A stretch of DNA of 64,000 nucleotides from Sandaracinaceae bacterium (GTDB lineage: Bacteria > Myxococcota_A > Polyangia > Polyangiales > Sandaracinaceae): the NCBI GenBank assembly GCA_044220955.1, contig JBGAQA010000003.1, positions 1 through 64,000 of the forward strand, written 5' to 3'. Below, piece by piece: positions 17,822 through 26,818 of the stretch. A program made the position numbers and the translations under genes. A model generated the notes under the pieces. It was not told where the DNA came from. It ran no database searches and worked only from the letters and a program-made list of their open reading frames with translations. The number at the start of each line of letters is the position of its first letter. Positions within the stretch are counted from its first letter, which is position 1.

Positions 17822-19326
17822 GCGACGATCGCGTCTCGTCGCTGCTCGAGTCGGGGCCGAAGGGGCGCGTGCGCTTTCCGATCTTCCTGCAGCTCGTGCT
17901 GACGGTCACCGGCGTGGTCACGCTCGTGCTGAGCGTCATCATCGTGCTCTGGGTGCTCGCACAGACGCGGACGGTGCGCCGCGAGATCGAGGGCCAGGCG
18001 ACGACGCTGGCGACGGCGATGGCCGACGCGTGGGGCAACGAGCTGACCGACGAGAACTGGAACCAGATCCGGTACCAGATCCGCTCGGCGATGGAGCGCA
18101 ATCACGACTTCGTCTACTTCGTGGTGAGTGACTCGCGCCGCGGCGACCGCGTCGTCGCCGCGGGTCCGGACGACGTGATCGGGAGCTACGTGCCCGACCT
18201 GGTGCCCGCCGAGGTCACCGAAGCGGCGCTCGCCGCGGAGGCCGAGCCGGTCATGCGCGAGACGATCCTCCTGCGGGAGGTCGTGCTCGACGGACAGACG
18301 CGCGCACGGGCGGGTACGCCCGTGGTCGAGGCCGCGGCGGCGCTGAACCTCGGCGGGCATCGCGTGGGCGTCCTCCGGGTCGGCGTGTCCCTGCGTCGCG
18401 TGGAGCAGGCGCGCCGCACGATCTTGCGCGATGCGCTCTCGGCCGCGCTGGTCTGCATGCTCCTCGGGATCGTGGTGGCGTGGCTGGTCGCGCGCCAGTT
18501 CACCGCGCCCATTCGCGCGCTCGAGCAGAGCGTCTCGCGCATGGCCGGCGGGGATCTCGCACACCGTTCGAGCGCGAGCTCCCGGAGCGAGATCGGGGCG
18601 CTCGGAGCGGCCGTCAACCGCATGGCCGTGGCGCTCGAGAAGAGCTTCGCCCGCCTGCGCGGCACGCTCGCGTCTTTCGAGCGCTTCGTGCCGCGCAAGT
18701 TCCTCCAGGTGATCGCGCCCGCGGGGATCGAGAACATCCAGGTCGGCGTGCGCGCCGAGCACACGATCACGATCCTCTTCTCGGACATCCGGGGCTACAC
18801 GTCGCTCAGCGAGAGCAGCACGCCGGAGCAGATGTTCCAGCTGCTCAACGAGTACCTCCCCGAGATGGGCGCGGTGATCGACGCGAACGGCGGCTTCATC
18901 GACAAGTACATCGGTGACGCGATCATGGCGCTCTTCGACGATCCGCACGCCGACGGAGCGCTCCGCGCGGCGGCGGCCATGCGCGTTCGGCTCGCGGCCC
19001 TGAACGCCCGCCGGATCGCCCGCGGCGAGAAGCCCTTCGAGATCGGCATCGGCCTGCACCGCGGCCAGGTCATCATGGGCACGGTCGGGTTCTCGTCGAA
19101 GATCGAGTCGACCGTCATCGGTGACGCCGTGAACTGCGCCTCGCGTGTCGAGGGGCTCACCAAGCAGTACGGCGTTCACGTGCTCGCGACCGGGGCGGTC
19201 GTCGACGCGCTCGAGCAGCCCGCGGAGTTCACGCTCCGCGTCGTCGACGCCGCCGCGAAGATCCGCGGCAAGGACGAGCCCATCCAGCTCTACACGATCG
19301 ACGCCGAGAGCGCCGACGGGCGCTGA
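17818..19326 (+). CDS. Membrane class III adenylate cyclase (TM-periplasmic sensor-TM-HAMP-cyclase)
   Basis: FSDIRGYT, DKYIGDAIM, GIGLHRG, TVIGDAVNCASRVE; HAMP PIRALE..SEIGALGAAVNRM; GTGA overlap with the upstream stop. Confidence 0.93.
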   Translation: MSDDRVSSLLESGPKGRVRFPIFLQLVLTVTGVVTLVLSVIIVLWVLAQTRTVRREIEGQATTLATAMADAWGNELTDENWNQIRYQIRSAMERNHDFVYFVVSDSRRGDRVVAAGPDDVIGSYVPDLVPAEVTEAALAAEAEPVMRETILLREVVLDGQTRARAGTPVVEAAAALNLGGHRVGVLRVGVSLRRVEQARRTILRDALSAALVCMLLGIVVAWLVARQFTAPIRALEQSVSRMAGGDLAHRSSASSRSEIGALGAAVNRMAVALEKSFARLRGTLASFERFVPRKFLQVIAPAGIENIQVGVRAEHTITILFSDIRGYTSLSESSTPEQMFQLLNEYLPEMGAVIDANGGFIDKYIGDAIMALFDDPHADGALRAAAAMRVRLAALNARRIARGEKPFEIGIGLHRGQVIMGTVGFSSKIESTVIGDAVNCASRVEGLTKQYGVHVLATGAVVDALEQPAEFTLRVVDAAAKIRGKDEPIQLYTIDAESADGR

Positions 19327-19418
19327 GATCCGTCCCGAAGTTGCGTCGGCTCGCCTCTCCGGCCCCTCCCGTCCGCGGGCTGCGCCCGTGACCGTCCGGG
19401 ACCTGCGTGGCGAGCACG

Positions 19419-20000
19419 TCAGAAGTCGTCCTCGCCCTGCTGGTGGGCGCGGAGGCGACCGACGACGGTGAGGCCGCCCGTCATCGACGTGATCAGCTCC
19501 TGGCGGCTCTCGACGATCACCGGACCGACGCCCATGCAGTACGTCGTGCGCACGTGCAGACCCGCCTCACCGCCTTCTTCCAGGACGGCGACGCAGTTCT
19601 CGTAGTGTCCGTCGGTCACGTCCACGGTCTGGGTCACGGACTCGATGCGGGCCGTGCGGCCGTTGGTGCTGGGCCACTCTTGCCCGACCACGATCGGATC
19701 GCGAAGCAGCCAGGTCTGCGACGCGGGCTGCCAGATGCCGTCCTCGCGCAGCTCGTACGCGTGCACCTCACCTCCGTCGGCCGCGATCCCGACGGTGCTC
19801 CCCTGCACGTCCACGACCCGCGTGATCCCGAGCGAGCTCATGCCCGTGCCGGTGTCGATGTCGTAGGTCCAGATGTAGTGGGCCGCCATCGGGTAGAGGC
19901 CGCGCGCCGTCGGTGGCTCGGCATGCGGTGTGGTGCCGCCGGTCCCGGGACAGCCGGCGAGCGTCATGGCGAAGAACAGGACGACGAAGAGCGTGCGCAT
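19419..20000 (-). CDS. Hypothetical lipoprotein
   Basis: MRTLFVVLFFAMTLAGC lipobox; beta-rich body with ENCVAV..TYCMGVGPV. Confidence 0.8.
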   Translation of the reverse strand: MRTLFVVLFFAMTLAGCPGTGGTTPHAEPPTARGLYPMAAHYIWTYDIDTGTGMSSLGITRVVDVQGSTVGIAADGGEVHAYELREDGIWQPASQTWLLRDPIVVGQEWPSTNGRTARIESVTQTVDVTDGHYENCVAVLEEGGEAGLHVRTTYCMGVGPVIVESRQELITSMTGGLTVVGRLRAHQQGEDDF

Positions 20001-20007
20001 CGAGGCC

Positions 20008-21402
20008 TCAATCTGGTTGGAAGACACGCTCCTGCGTGTAGTCGTCGTCGTAGTACTGCCACGCGCGGTCGAAGGTGATCGCGCCGAAGGTGTTGACGGC
20101 GATCGCGAAGAGCAGCGCAGCATGGAAGCCGCCACGCAGCGGGCGGCCACCGAGCGCGAGCAGGGTGATCAGCACGATCATGTAGTCGAGCGAGAAGCGG
20201 TAGCCGAACTGGACCCAACCGCTGTTCTGGTACATCAGGTCGCTCAGACAGACGAGCGCCGCGGGCAGGTAGAGGCCGACCATCCGCGCATCGACTCGCT
20301 TCTTCGGGAAGAAGAGCAGGAGCAGCGGCGGCGTGGTGACCCAGAGCGCCAGTCCGTGCCGGCTGACGATCAGGTGTGGCTCGTTCGCGGTGAGCCAGGG
20401 CAGCGACGCGCAGAAGATCGCGAGGTTCTTCGAGAGGTAGTGGTAGTTGACCAGGCCCCAGCGCGCGATGCGCGCGTGCCAGGCGATGATCAGGTAGCGG
20501 TGTCCGAACTCGAACGGATGGCCCCAGCGCGCGTGGTTCATCCACATCGCGACGCCACCGATCACCAGGATCGGCGCCGCGAAGGGCGCGAGCTTCTTCA
20601 CGACGTCGCGCCACGCCACGCCGGCCAGGAACGCGCGCAGACGCCGGGCGGCGCCCGCCTCGTCGCCCGAAGGGATCTCGGGCGCGCTCGCGACGCGGCA
20701 CGTTCGCAGGAGCTCGATCAGGAACACGAGCGCCAGGAGCGACATCGTGGGCCGCGTCATGAAGATGCAGCCCAGCACGAGCCCGGCGAGCGCCGGGCGC
20801 CGCCCCTCGAGCGCGAAGAGCAGGTAGAGCGGCAAGAGGGTGCTCGCGACGACGTGCGCCGCGAACCACACCGTCCCCTGCACCGCGACGAAGAAGAACA
20901 CCGTGCCGAAGGCGAACATCGCGGTCAGCGTCAGGTTCTCGCGTGGCGTGCGCCCGCTCGCGCCGCGCTCGGACAGATCACGCAGCAGCACGTAGAGAAA
21001 GGCTGGCGCGAGCCCCGCACAGAGCGCCCAGAAGAGCGCGTCGCGCACGGCCGTCCCCCAGATCGCCACCAGCGGCAGCACGAGCAGGGCCGGGAAGGGC
21101 GGGAACGACACGTACCAGTGCTGCGTGTCGGTCGTGTGGGTGAACGCCGACTGCGGGCAGACGTCGTCGATCGACGCGTCGTAGCAGGCCCAGTCGTTGG
21201 TCCCGGGCGGGCGGTTGTCGATGACGCCCAGCTGGCCGGAGAGCCAGCTGGCCGCGAGATGCACGAAGTGGTTGTCCGGGGTCGGCCCCTCGACGCGCGT
21301 GCCGAGCATCGCCACGTACACCGCCGCCGCGAGGACGTAGATGGTGAGTGGCGCCTTGATGCGCGCCCAGCGCGGCGAGCCCGACATGAGGGCCGGAACC
21401 AT
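20008..21402 (-). CDS. Polytopic membrane protein, possibly a GT-C fold glycosyltransferase
   Basis: About 10 TM helices, extracytoplasmic loop after TM1, YVSFPPFPALL, TRP, NHARWGHPFEFG. Start 21402 or 21387. The ORF-track extension to 21720 looks non-coding. Confidence 0.7.
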   Translation of the reverse strand: MVPALMSGSPRWARIKAPLTIYVLAAAVYVAMLGTRVEGPTPDNHFVHLAASWLSGQLGVIDNRPPGTNDWACYDASIDDVCPQSAFTHTTDTQHWYVSFPPFPALLVLPLVAIWGTAVRDALFWALCAGLAPAFLYVLLRDLSERGASGRTPRENLTLTAMFAFGTVFFFVAVQGTVWFAAHVVASTLLPLYLLFALEGRRPALAGLVLGCIFMTRPTMSLLALVFLIELLRTCRVASAPEIPSGDEAGAARRLRAFLAGVAWRDVVKKLAPFAAPILVIGGVAMWMNHARWGHPFEFGHRYLIIAWHARIARWGLVNYHYLSKNLAIFCASLPWLTANEPHLIVSRHGLALWVTTPPLLLLFFPKKRVDARMVGLYLPAALVCLSDLMYQNSGWVQFGYRFSLDYMIVLITLLALGGRPLRGGFHAALLFAIAVNTFGAITFDRAWQYYDDDYTQERVFQPD

Positions 21403-21437
21403 AGCCGAATTCGGGTCGCGGCCCGGACCCGCTCGCG

Positions 21438-21478
21438 AAAAGACGAAAGCCCGCGACCTCTCGGTAGCGGGCTCTCGC
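21438..21478 (-). terminator. Intrinsic terminator
   Basis: Minus strand CGAGAGCCCGC-UACC-GAGA-GGUC-GCGGGCUUUCG then UCUUUU; GNRA loop; one G-U pair valid only on this strand. Confidence 0.75.
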
Positions 21479-21641
21479 TTCACCCGAGCGTCCGTCCCCG
21501 GAGGGAGGCACTCTCGGAGGATCTTTCGGTGGGTGACGAGCGCGCTCGCCAGTGGCCACCTCACGCGCCAGTCGCCCCGGAGGGCCGACCGGCGGATCGC
21601 TCGCAGAAACAGGCGCACGAAGCCCCGTCCTCGATCAATCG
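21438..21641 (-). ncRNA. Candidate structured small RNA or cis-regulatory leader (family unknown)
   Basis: Bounded by a sigma54-type promoter and a terminator; two hairpins capped by C-UCCG-G; atypical codon use. Confidence 0.5.
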
Positions 21642-21651
21642 GGTGATCCGA

Positions 21652-21668
21652 CGCAAGGGGTGTGCCTG
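21652..21668 (-). promoter_or_regulatory. sigma54 (-24/-12) promoter
   Basis: CAGGCACACCCCTTGCG = GG-N10-GC, close to consensus TGGCAC-N5-TTGC. Confidence 0.6.
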
Positions 21669-21701
21669 GTGTTCGGACTCGCGAGTCGTCATGCTCCGAG
21701 G

Positions 21702-22247
21702 GTGCGCGTTCCGCTGACACTGCTCGCGCTCGCGACGCTGCTCGCCGGCTGCCAGCACCGCGTCCGCTACCCGCTCACCGGCCAGGCGGGCGTCGTCACG
21801 CTCGTCGCGCTGCACCCTCACCCGCGCCGTCCCGAGCTGTGGACGATGAACTACCAGCAGGAAGGGTTCATCCCGGTCTGCACGCCGGTGGTGATCGAGT
21901 CGGTCACCGATCGCGAGATGCAGTTCTCCGTGCCCTCGCTCGGCGTGCGCTTCCACTACCGCGTGGACGCTGCGCTCGGTGAGCCGTTCCCCGCGCACCT
22001 CGACCGCGTGTTCGGGACCCAGTGCCCGCCGGTGATCGAGCAGCTCTCGGCGATCGATCGGGACGGCATCGCGCGTGGTGTCGTGCAGGTCGGGATGACG
22101 CGGCGGGGCGTGCTCTTGGCGCTCGGCGCGCCGCCGGCGCACGCGACGCCGAGCCTCGATCTGCCCGTGTGGCGCTACTGGCGCAGCCGGCACAACACGT
22201 TCGAGGTGCGCTTCGTCGGCGACGTCGTCAGCGAGGTCGACCGTTGA
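21702..22247 (+). CDS. Lipoprotein with SmpA/OmlA (BamE)-like C-terminal domain
   Basis: GTG start, lipobox LAGC; GMTRRGVLLALGAPP..WRYW..VRF motif. Confidence 0.75.
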   Translation: MRVPLTLLALATLLAGCQHRVRYPLTGQAGVVTLVALHPHPRRPELWTMNYQQEGFIPVCTPVVIESVTDREMQFSVPSLGVRFHYRVDAALGEPFPAHLDRVFGTQCPPVIEQLSAIDRDGIARGVVQVGMTRRGVLLALGAPPAHATPSLDLPVWRYWRSRHNTFEVRFVGDVVSEVDR

Positions 22248-22768
22248 GCCGGGCGGACGCGGCATCCGACGGCGCCATCCGCGAGGCGCGGCCCGACGAT
22301 CTGCCGCGCTACGCCGTCATCGAGCGCGCCGCGGCCACGCTCTACGCGCCCTGGGGCCTGGACGGGGTGTTCGAGAGCACGCCGACCGAGCCGGAGCGCG
22401 TCGCGCGCGCGATCGCCGAGCACGATCTGATCGTCGCGGCGGACCCGCAAGACGTGATGATCGGCTACGCGCTCGTCGGGATGGAGGGGACCGATCTGCA
22501 CCTCGAGGAGCTCGCGGTCGAGCCCGCGCACGGCCGGCGCGGCCACGGCACGGCGCTGCTCTGCGCGACCATCGCGCTCGGGCGCTCCCGAGGCGCGCGC
22601 CGCATCACGCTGGTGACCCTCGACTTCGTTCCCTTCGGGAAGGCCTTCTACGAGCGCTGCGGGTTCGCTGTGCTCGCGCCCACCGCGCTCTCACCGCAGC
22701 TACGGGAGCTCGCTCCGCCGGACGCGCGCGACGGGCGCGTGGCGATGGCGCTCTCGCTGAGCGGCTGA
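22244..22768 (+). CDS. GNAT family N-acetyltransferase
   Basis: IREARPDDL, HLEELAVEPAHGRRGHG, FYERCGF. Confidence 0.88.
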   Translation: MSRADAASDGAIREARPDDLPRYAVIERAAATLYAPWGLDGVFESTPTEPERVARAIAEHDLIVAADPQDVMIGYALVGMEGTDLHLEELAVEPAHGRRGHGTALLCATIALGRSRGARRITLVTLDFVPFGKAFYERCGFAVLAPTALSPQLRELAPPDARDGRVAMALSLSG

Positions 22769-22770
22769 CC

Positions 22771-24666
22771 TCAGTCCGAGCCGGTGGAGCCGTGGAGCGG
22801 CCGCGGAGCACCGAGGGGCACCTCGACGGAGAGTGGATCGGCGTGGTCGGGGCGCGCGCCGCTCGCGCGGATCGCGCCGATTCGCAGGCTCTCGCGAGCG
22901 ATCGCGTCGCGCTCGAGGCTCGAGAGAACGTGCTCGGAGCGGATGCGATCGCCAGCACGGAAGTGAGCAGGAGAGAACAGGCCGTCGGCGATCAGATCGA
23001 CGCGTCGCGGCCGGAGGCCGGTGCCGATGCGCAGGGCGAGGTCGTCGGGGCAAGACCCACGAGCGACCAGGACGAGCTCGAGCGTGTCGGCCTCGAGGCG
23101 CGCGCCCTCGAGCGCGAGGCAGGCGGTCAGCGTCGTGCCGGCGTCGAGCGCGTCGGTGTGACCGACGACGTAGCGCTCCACGTCCAGACCCTCGCGCGGG
23201 TCGAGACCGCGCTCGAGCAGCACGATGTCTCCGTCCGCGGCGACGAGCGCATGGTCGTCGCGAGAGAGCCACGCGCGCGCGATCGGCTCCTCGTCCGTAC
23301 GCACGAGCTCCTCGCGATGTCGGAACGCGCGGCGATGCGCGAGGTCGAGGGCGACGAACTCGGTCTGCATCTCGGGCGGCGGTGCGCGCCTCAGCGTCCG
23401 ACGCTCGGCGAGGTGGGCGAGCATGGGGTCCGGCGCCTGGATGGTGGCCAAGGGCGGCACCTGGCCCGTGATCGCGCGCATCGCCACCGAGCGCGCATCG
23501 TCCTCGAACGCTCGCCGGTCGAACCGAAGGGAGAGCGGCGTCGCGCCTCCCAGCAGGTGCGCGACCGCGGCGGCCGCAAGCAAGGGCGCGACGCGCCAGC
23601 CGGCCGAGCCCGGTACGCGCGTCGCGCCGACGACGGCAGCGCGTACGAGCAGCGGTAGCGCCGGCGTCAGGTAGTGCGAGTCGAGACAGGTCGTGGTCGG
23701 GAACTCCGAGAGCAGCGCCACGCCGAGCACGGGCGCCGCGACCAAGAAGCCCTCCGGAGCGAGCAGCGGCAAGAGCGCGAGCGGCGCGCAGACGACGAGG
23801 GGGTAGAGCCATCGCTGCTCGTCGAGGAGGTGCCCTCCGAGGTCGACGGGGTGGGTGAGGTAGTCGAGGAGCACGGCTGGAACGCTCGAGCCGTGCCGTC
23901 CGAAGTGGAGCGCCAGCGAGCCCGCCGGCGGCGCGTACGCCGGGTGCAGCACGAGCACGAACACGAGCACGTACGCGAGCGAGAGCAGCATCGAGACGAG
24001 GGCGACGCGCCGATCTCGGAGCTGCCCTGCGCGGTGCGCACGGAGGGCGACGAGCCCCGAGGCGATCGCGCCGACGAGCGCGAGATCCTCACGACAGAGC
24101 GCGATGCCGAGCGAGGCGAGCGAGATCGCCGGAGCACTCCTGCGGTCGAGCGCGTCGGCGGCCCAAGCGATCGGCAGGACCGCGACCGTGCCGGGGTGGA
24201 ACTCGTCGCAGGCGACGGCGCTCACGTTCGGGTGAAGGACGAAAGCGAGAGCAGCGGCGATGGCGCCGGAGGACCCCAGGTGCCGCGCTCCCACGCGCGA
24301 GAGCGGAACGACGCAGAGCCCCACGGCGAGCGCCTGCGCAGCGAGCAGGGTCGGCACCGAGCCCAAGATCGCCGCGATCCAGCCCAGCGCGTAGAAGAAC
24401 CACACGAGGTGCAGGCCCCACACCGGCGCGTTCACGATCGGCTCCCACCCCGAGCCGTGGACCGTGCCCCAGCACATCCGTGCGTAGATCGCGAGGTCGA
24501 ACGTGGTGTCGTGGTAGCTCGTCCAGCGCAGCGTCGAGAGGACGTAGAACGCGAGGGCGGAGGTGAGACCGATCGTGAGCACCACGCGTCGTGTCGACGG
24601 CGCCACGGCCGGCTCGGGCGCGCCCGCGCTGCGCAGGAACGAAGCGATCGTGGCGCCTCTGGCCAT
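22771..24666 (-). CDS. DUF2079 family membrane protein (GT-C-like)
   Basis: FDLAIY, DEFHP, LCRED, HY motifs and many TM helices; ATG 24666 abuts the upstream stop. Confidence 0.8.
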   Translation of the reverse strand: MARGATIASFLRSAGAPEPAVAPSTRRVVLTIGLTSALAFYVLSTLRWTSYHDTTFDLAIYARMCWGTVHGSGWEPIVNAPVWGLHLVWFFYALGWIAAILGSVPTLLAAQALAVGLCVVPLSRVGARHLGSSGAIAAALAFVLHPNVSAVACDEFHPGTVAVLPIAWAADALDRRSAPAISLASLGIALCREDLALVGAIASGLVALRAHRAGQLRDRRVALVSMLLSLAYVLVFVLVLHPAYAPPAGSLALHFGRHGSSVPAVLLDYLTHPVDLGGHLLDEQRWLYPLVVCAPLALLPLLAPEGFLVAAPVLGVALLSEFPTTTCLDSHYLTPALPLLVRAAVVGATRVPGSAGWRVAPLLAAAAVAHLLGGATPLSLRFDRRAFEDDARSVAMRAITGQVPPLATIQAPDPMLAHLAERRTLRRAPPPEMQTEFVALDLAHRRAFRHREELVRTDEEPIARAWLSRDDHALVAADGDIVLLERGLDPREGLDVERYVVGHTDALDAGTTLTACLALEGARLEADTLELVLVARGSCPDDLALRIGTGLRPRRVDLIADGLFSPAHFRAGDRIRSEHVLSSLERDAIARESLRIGAIRASGARPDHADPLSVEVPLGAPRPLHGSTGSD

Positions 24667-25403
24667 CAGGCCCGCGCGAGCGCCTGAAGCGCCTCGGCCT
24701 CGAGGACCGCGTCCGCGCGCGTCGGATCGAGCGCCGCGAGGACGAGCGCCCGCGCGAGATCCTCGCCGCGGATGGAACGATACCGATCGGCGGTGCGTCG
24801 CGCACCGAGCATGCCGACCGCGCCGAGCAGCGCGTCCGCCAGCGGCGCGCCGAGCTTCTCCGCCGGTCGCGCGTCGTCGCGCTCGCCGACGATGAACGAG
24901 GGACGCGCGATGGTGTACGGAACGCCGCTCGCGATCAGCGACCGCTCGACCCGCGAGCGGGCCTCGAGGTAGCTCCCTCGCGCGCCTTCTCCGGCCCCGA
25001 GTGACGAGAGGTAGACCAAGCGCGGCCGCGGCTCGAGCGTGGCGCTCGCGTCCACGAGCATCTGCGTGAGGGCGACGTCGACGGCCTCGTAGCTCTCGCG
25101 TGACGCATCGCCGCCCATGCGCGCCGTGCGGCGGGCGCGAGCGCGCGTCGTCCCGAGCACTCCGAACACGATCGTGGGGCGGCGTGCCGCGAGGGCGCTG
25201 CGCATCGCGCTCGGCTCCCAGGGCGTGACGTCGACCTCGGCTCCCAGCGCCTCGAAGCGCGCGCGCCACTCGGCCAGCCGCGGTGAGTCGGGCCGCACGT
25301 GCGCGAGCGTCGCCAACCCGCGTGCGCGCAGGGCCTCGACGACGTAGCGACCCGTCAGGCCGGTCGCGCCGGCGACGAACGCGCGCTCGTTCGAGGAAGG
25401 CAT
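24666..25403 (-). CDS. NAD(P)H-binding atypical SDR/epimerase family protein
   Basis: FVAGATGLTG, YLSSLGA, YTIARPSFI. Confidence 0.85.
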   Translation of the reverse strand: MPSSNERAFVAGATGLTGRYVVEALRARGLATLAHVRPDSPRLAEWRARFEALGAEVDVTPWEPSAMRSALAARRPTIVFGVLGTTRARARRTARMGGDASRESYEAVDVALTQMLVDASATLEPRPRLVYLSSLGAGEGARGSYLEARSRVERSLIASGVPYTIARPSFIVGERDDARPAEKLGAPLADALLGAVGMLGARRTADRYRSIRGEDLARALVLAALDPTRADAVLEAEALQALARA

Positions 25404-25489
25404 CGCGCGCGCACTATAGCCGCGCTCGGTCTTCTGGGGCCGATACACGGCCCCTCCGCTGCGACTGAATCGGAACGGAGCCTCCCCCT

Positions 25490-26818
25490 TCAGTAGACCG
25501 GCATCAGCACACGCCCGGACCCACCGCCGTTGGGGTTGACGCGGGTCGCGGGCGGAGCCGGCGGCTGCGGCGGCGCGGGCGCCCAGGGATCGAGCACCCC
25601 ACGCGGCGGCGCAGGCCGCGGGCGCGGCGGACGCGCCGGGCGAACGACGGCCGGTGTCGACGACGTGGGCGCGGGCGGCAGCGCGGGCGCCGCATCTCCG
25701 CACGTGAAGTGCAGCGTGAACGCGTGGAGCATGCCCTCGTCCTCGCCGGCGTCGTCACGAACGTCGAGCGACCACGTTCCCTGAGCGGAGGTCCCCCCGA
25801 ACGCGTGCAGCGCGCCGCGCGCGTCGTCCCACGCGTAGCTCCGCGGCGAGTAGGGCCGGCTCCCGCCGGTGTGGCTGGCCAGCACGGCCTGGGCGCCACT
25901 CGGCCCGTGCAGGACGACGCGCAGGTCTTGGCTGTATGCGTGGCTCGCGTCCACCTCGACGCTCATCGACGCGATCGTGCATGCCGTCGCGACGCTCAGC
26001 GTCTGCGTGGCGGTGCGGTAGTCGCGGATCGGCGTGGGCGAGGACGCGCTGACCGCGTCGAACGTGCCGCTCGTCAGAGCGCCCGGGGCGAGCGGGGGCG
26101 ATGGGGTCGCGACGGCGGTCTCGTTCAGGGCCGCGTGGATCACGATCGTGTCGCCGATGACGTGGCCGAGCACGTCCGTCGACGGATGACCCGGCATCTC
26201 GAGCACGAAGCGCCGGTCGGAGCCGATCTCGCTCTCCGGCACCGTGAGGACGAACATCGTCGGCGTCGTGCCGAGGGTCTCGCCCTCCGGCGTGCGCACG
26301 GTGGCTCCGTTCGGCTCGCTCGTGATGGTCACGCTCACCCGGTGATCGCCGGCGGCCACCACACCCGCGGCGTCGAGCGCGGCGGGCGCGAGCGTGAGCT
26401 CGTAGGGTAGGTCGGCCGCCGCGGAGAGGGAGCCCACGTGCACGAGGTACTCGCCCGGCTGCGTGACGGTCACGTGCGGCGCGTGCCCGGTTCCTTCGTC
26501 GCTGTCGCAGCGGACCTCGCCTGGGCCGACCACGGCGATCGAGAGCGGGCCACGGAGCGAGCGCGCCGAGATGGTGATCGCGCTCGCGTCGTCGAGTCGG
26601 ACCACGTGCTCGGGCACGTCGGCGTCCACGAAGCCAGGACAGCCAGGCGAGAGATCGATCGCCGGCACGCCCGTCGCGCTCGTGTGTCCGGTGAGCGAGG
26701 CGCGAGGCGCGGCAGCCGACACCGACACCGAGCCGAAGCGCGGCTCGACCGGACCGCACGCGCCAAGCGCGAGCGCCACGAGCACGAGGGCGGAGGGGGA
26801 ACGTCGGCGCGGCTTCAT
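25490..26818 (-). CDS. Lipoprotein with PPC-like, PEGA and proprotein-convertase P-domains and a Pro-rich tail
   Basis: Lipobox LGAC; CPGFV..PEHV..RCDSD; ITSEPNGATV..LGTTP (PEGA); HAYSQDLRVVLHGPSG..GTWSLDVRD..DEG (P-domain). Confidence 0.82.
   Translation of the reverse strand: MKPRRRSPSALVLVALALGACGPVEPRFGSVSVSAAAPRASLTGHTSATGVPAIDLSPGCPGFVDADVPEHVVRLDDASAITISARSLRGPLSIAVVGPGEVRCDSDEGTGHAPHVTVTQPGEYLVHVGSLSAAADLPYELTLAPAALDAAGVVAAGDHRVSVTITSEPNGATVRTPEGETLGTTPTMFVLTVPESEIGSDRRFVLEMPGHPSTDVLGHVIGDTIVIHAALNETAVATPSPPLAPGALTSGTFDAVSASSPTPIRDYRTATQTLSVATACTIASMSVEVDASHAYSQDLRVVLHGPSGAQAVLASHTGGSRPYSPRSYAWDDARGALHAFGGTSAQGTWSLDVRDDAGEDEGMLHAFTLHFTCGDAAPALPPAPTSSTPAVVRPARPPRPRPAPPRGVLDPWAPAPPQPPAPPATRVNPNGGGSGRVLMPVY

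Noticed and set aside
21438..21641. Identification as 6S RNA, tmRNA, RNase P, SRP, Pxr or a known riboswitch
   Set aside because: I could not find their hallmark motifs by eye, and the multi-hairpin layout is not the 6S rod. An Rfam search is still needed.
21403..21720. N-terminal extension of the membrane protein ORF, and a 25-aa CxCxC micro-ORF ending at 21561
   Set aside because: Atypical codons and an internal terminator argue against coding; the micro-ORF has only a TTG start and no other support.
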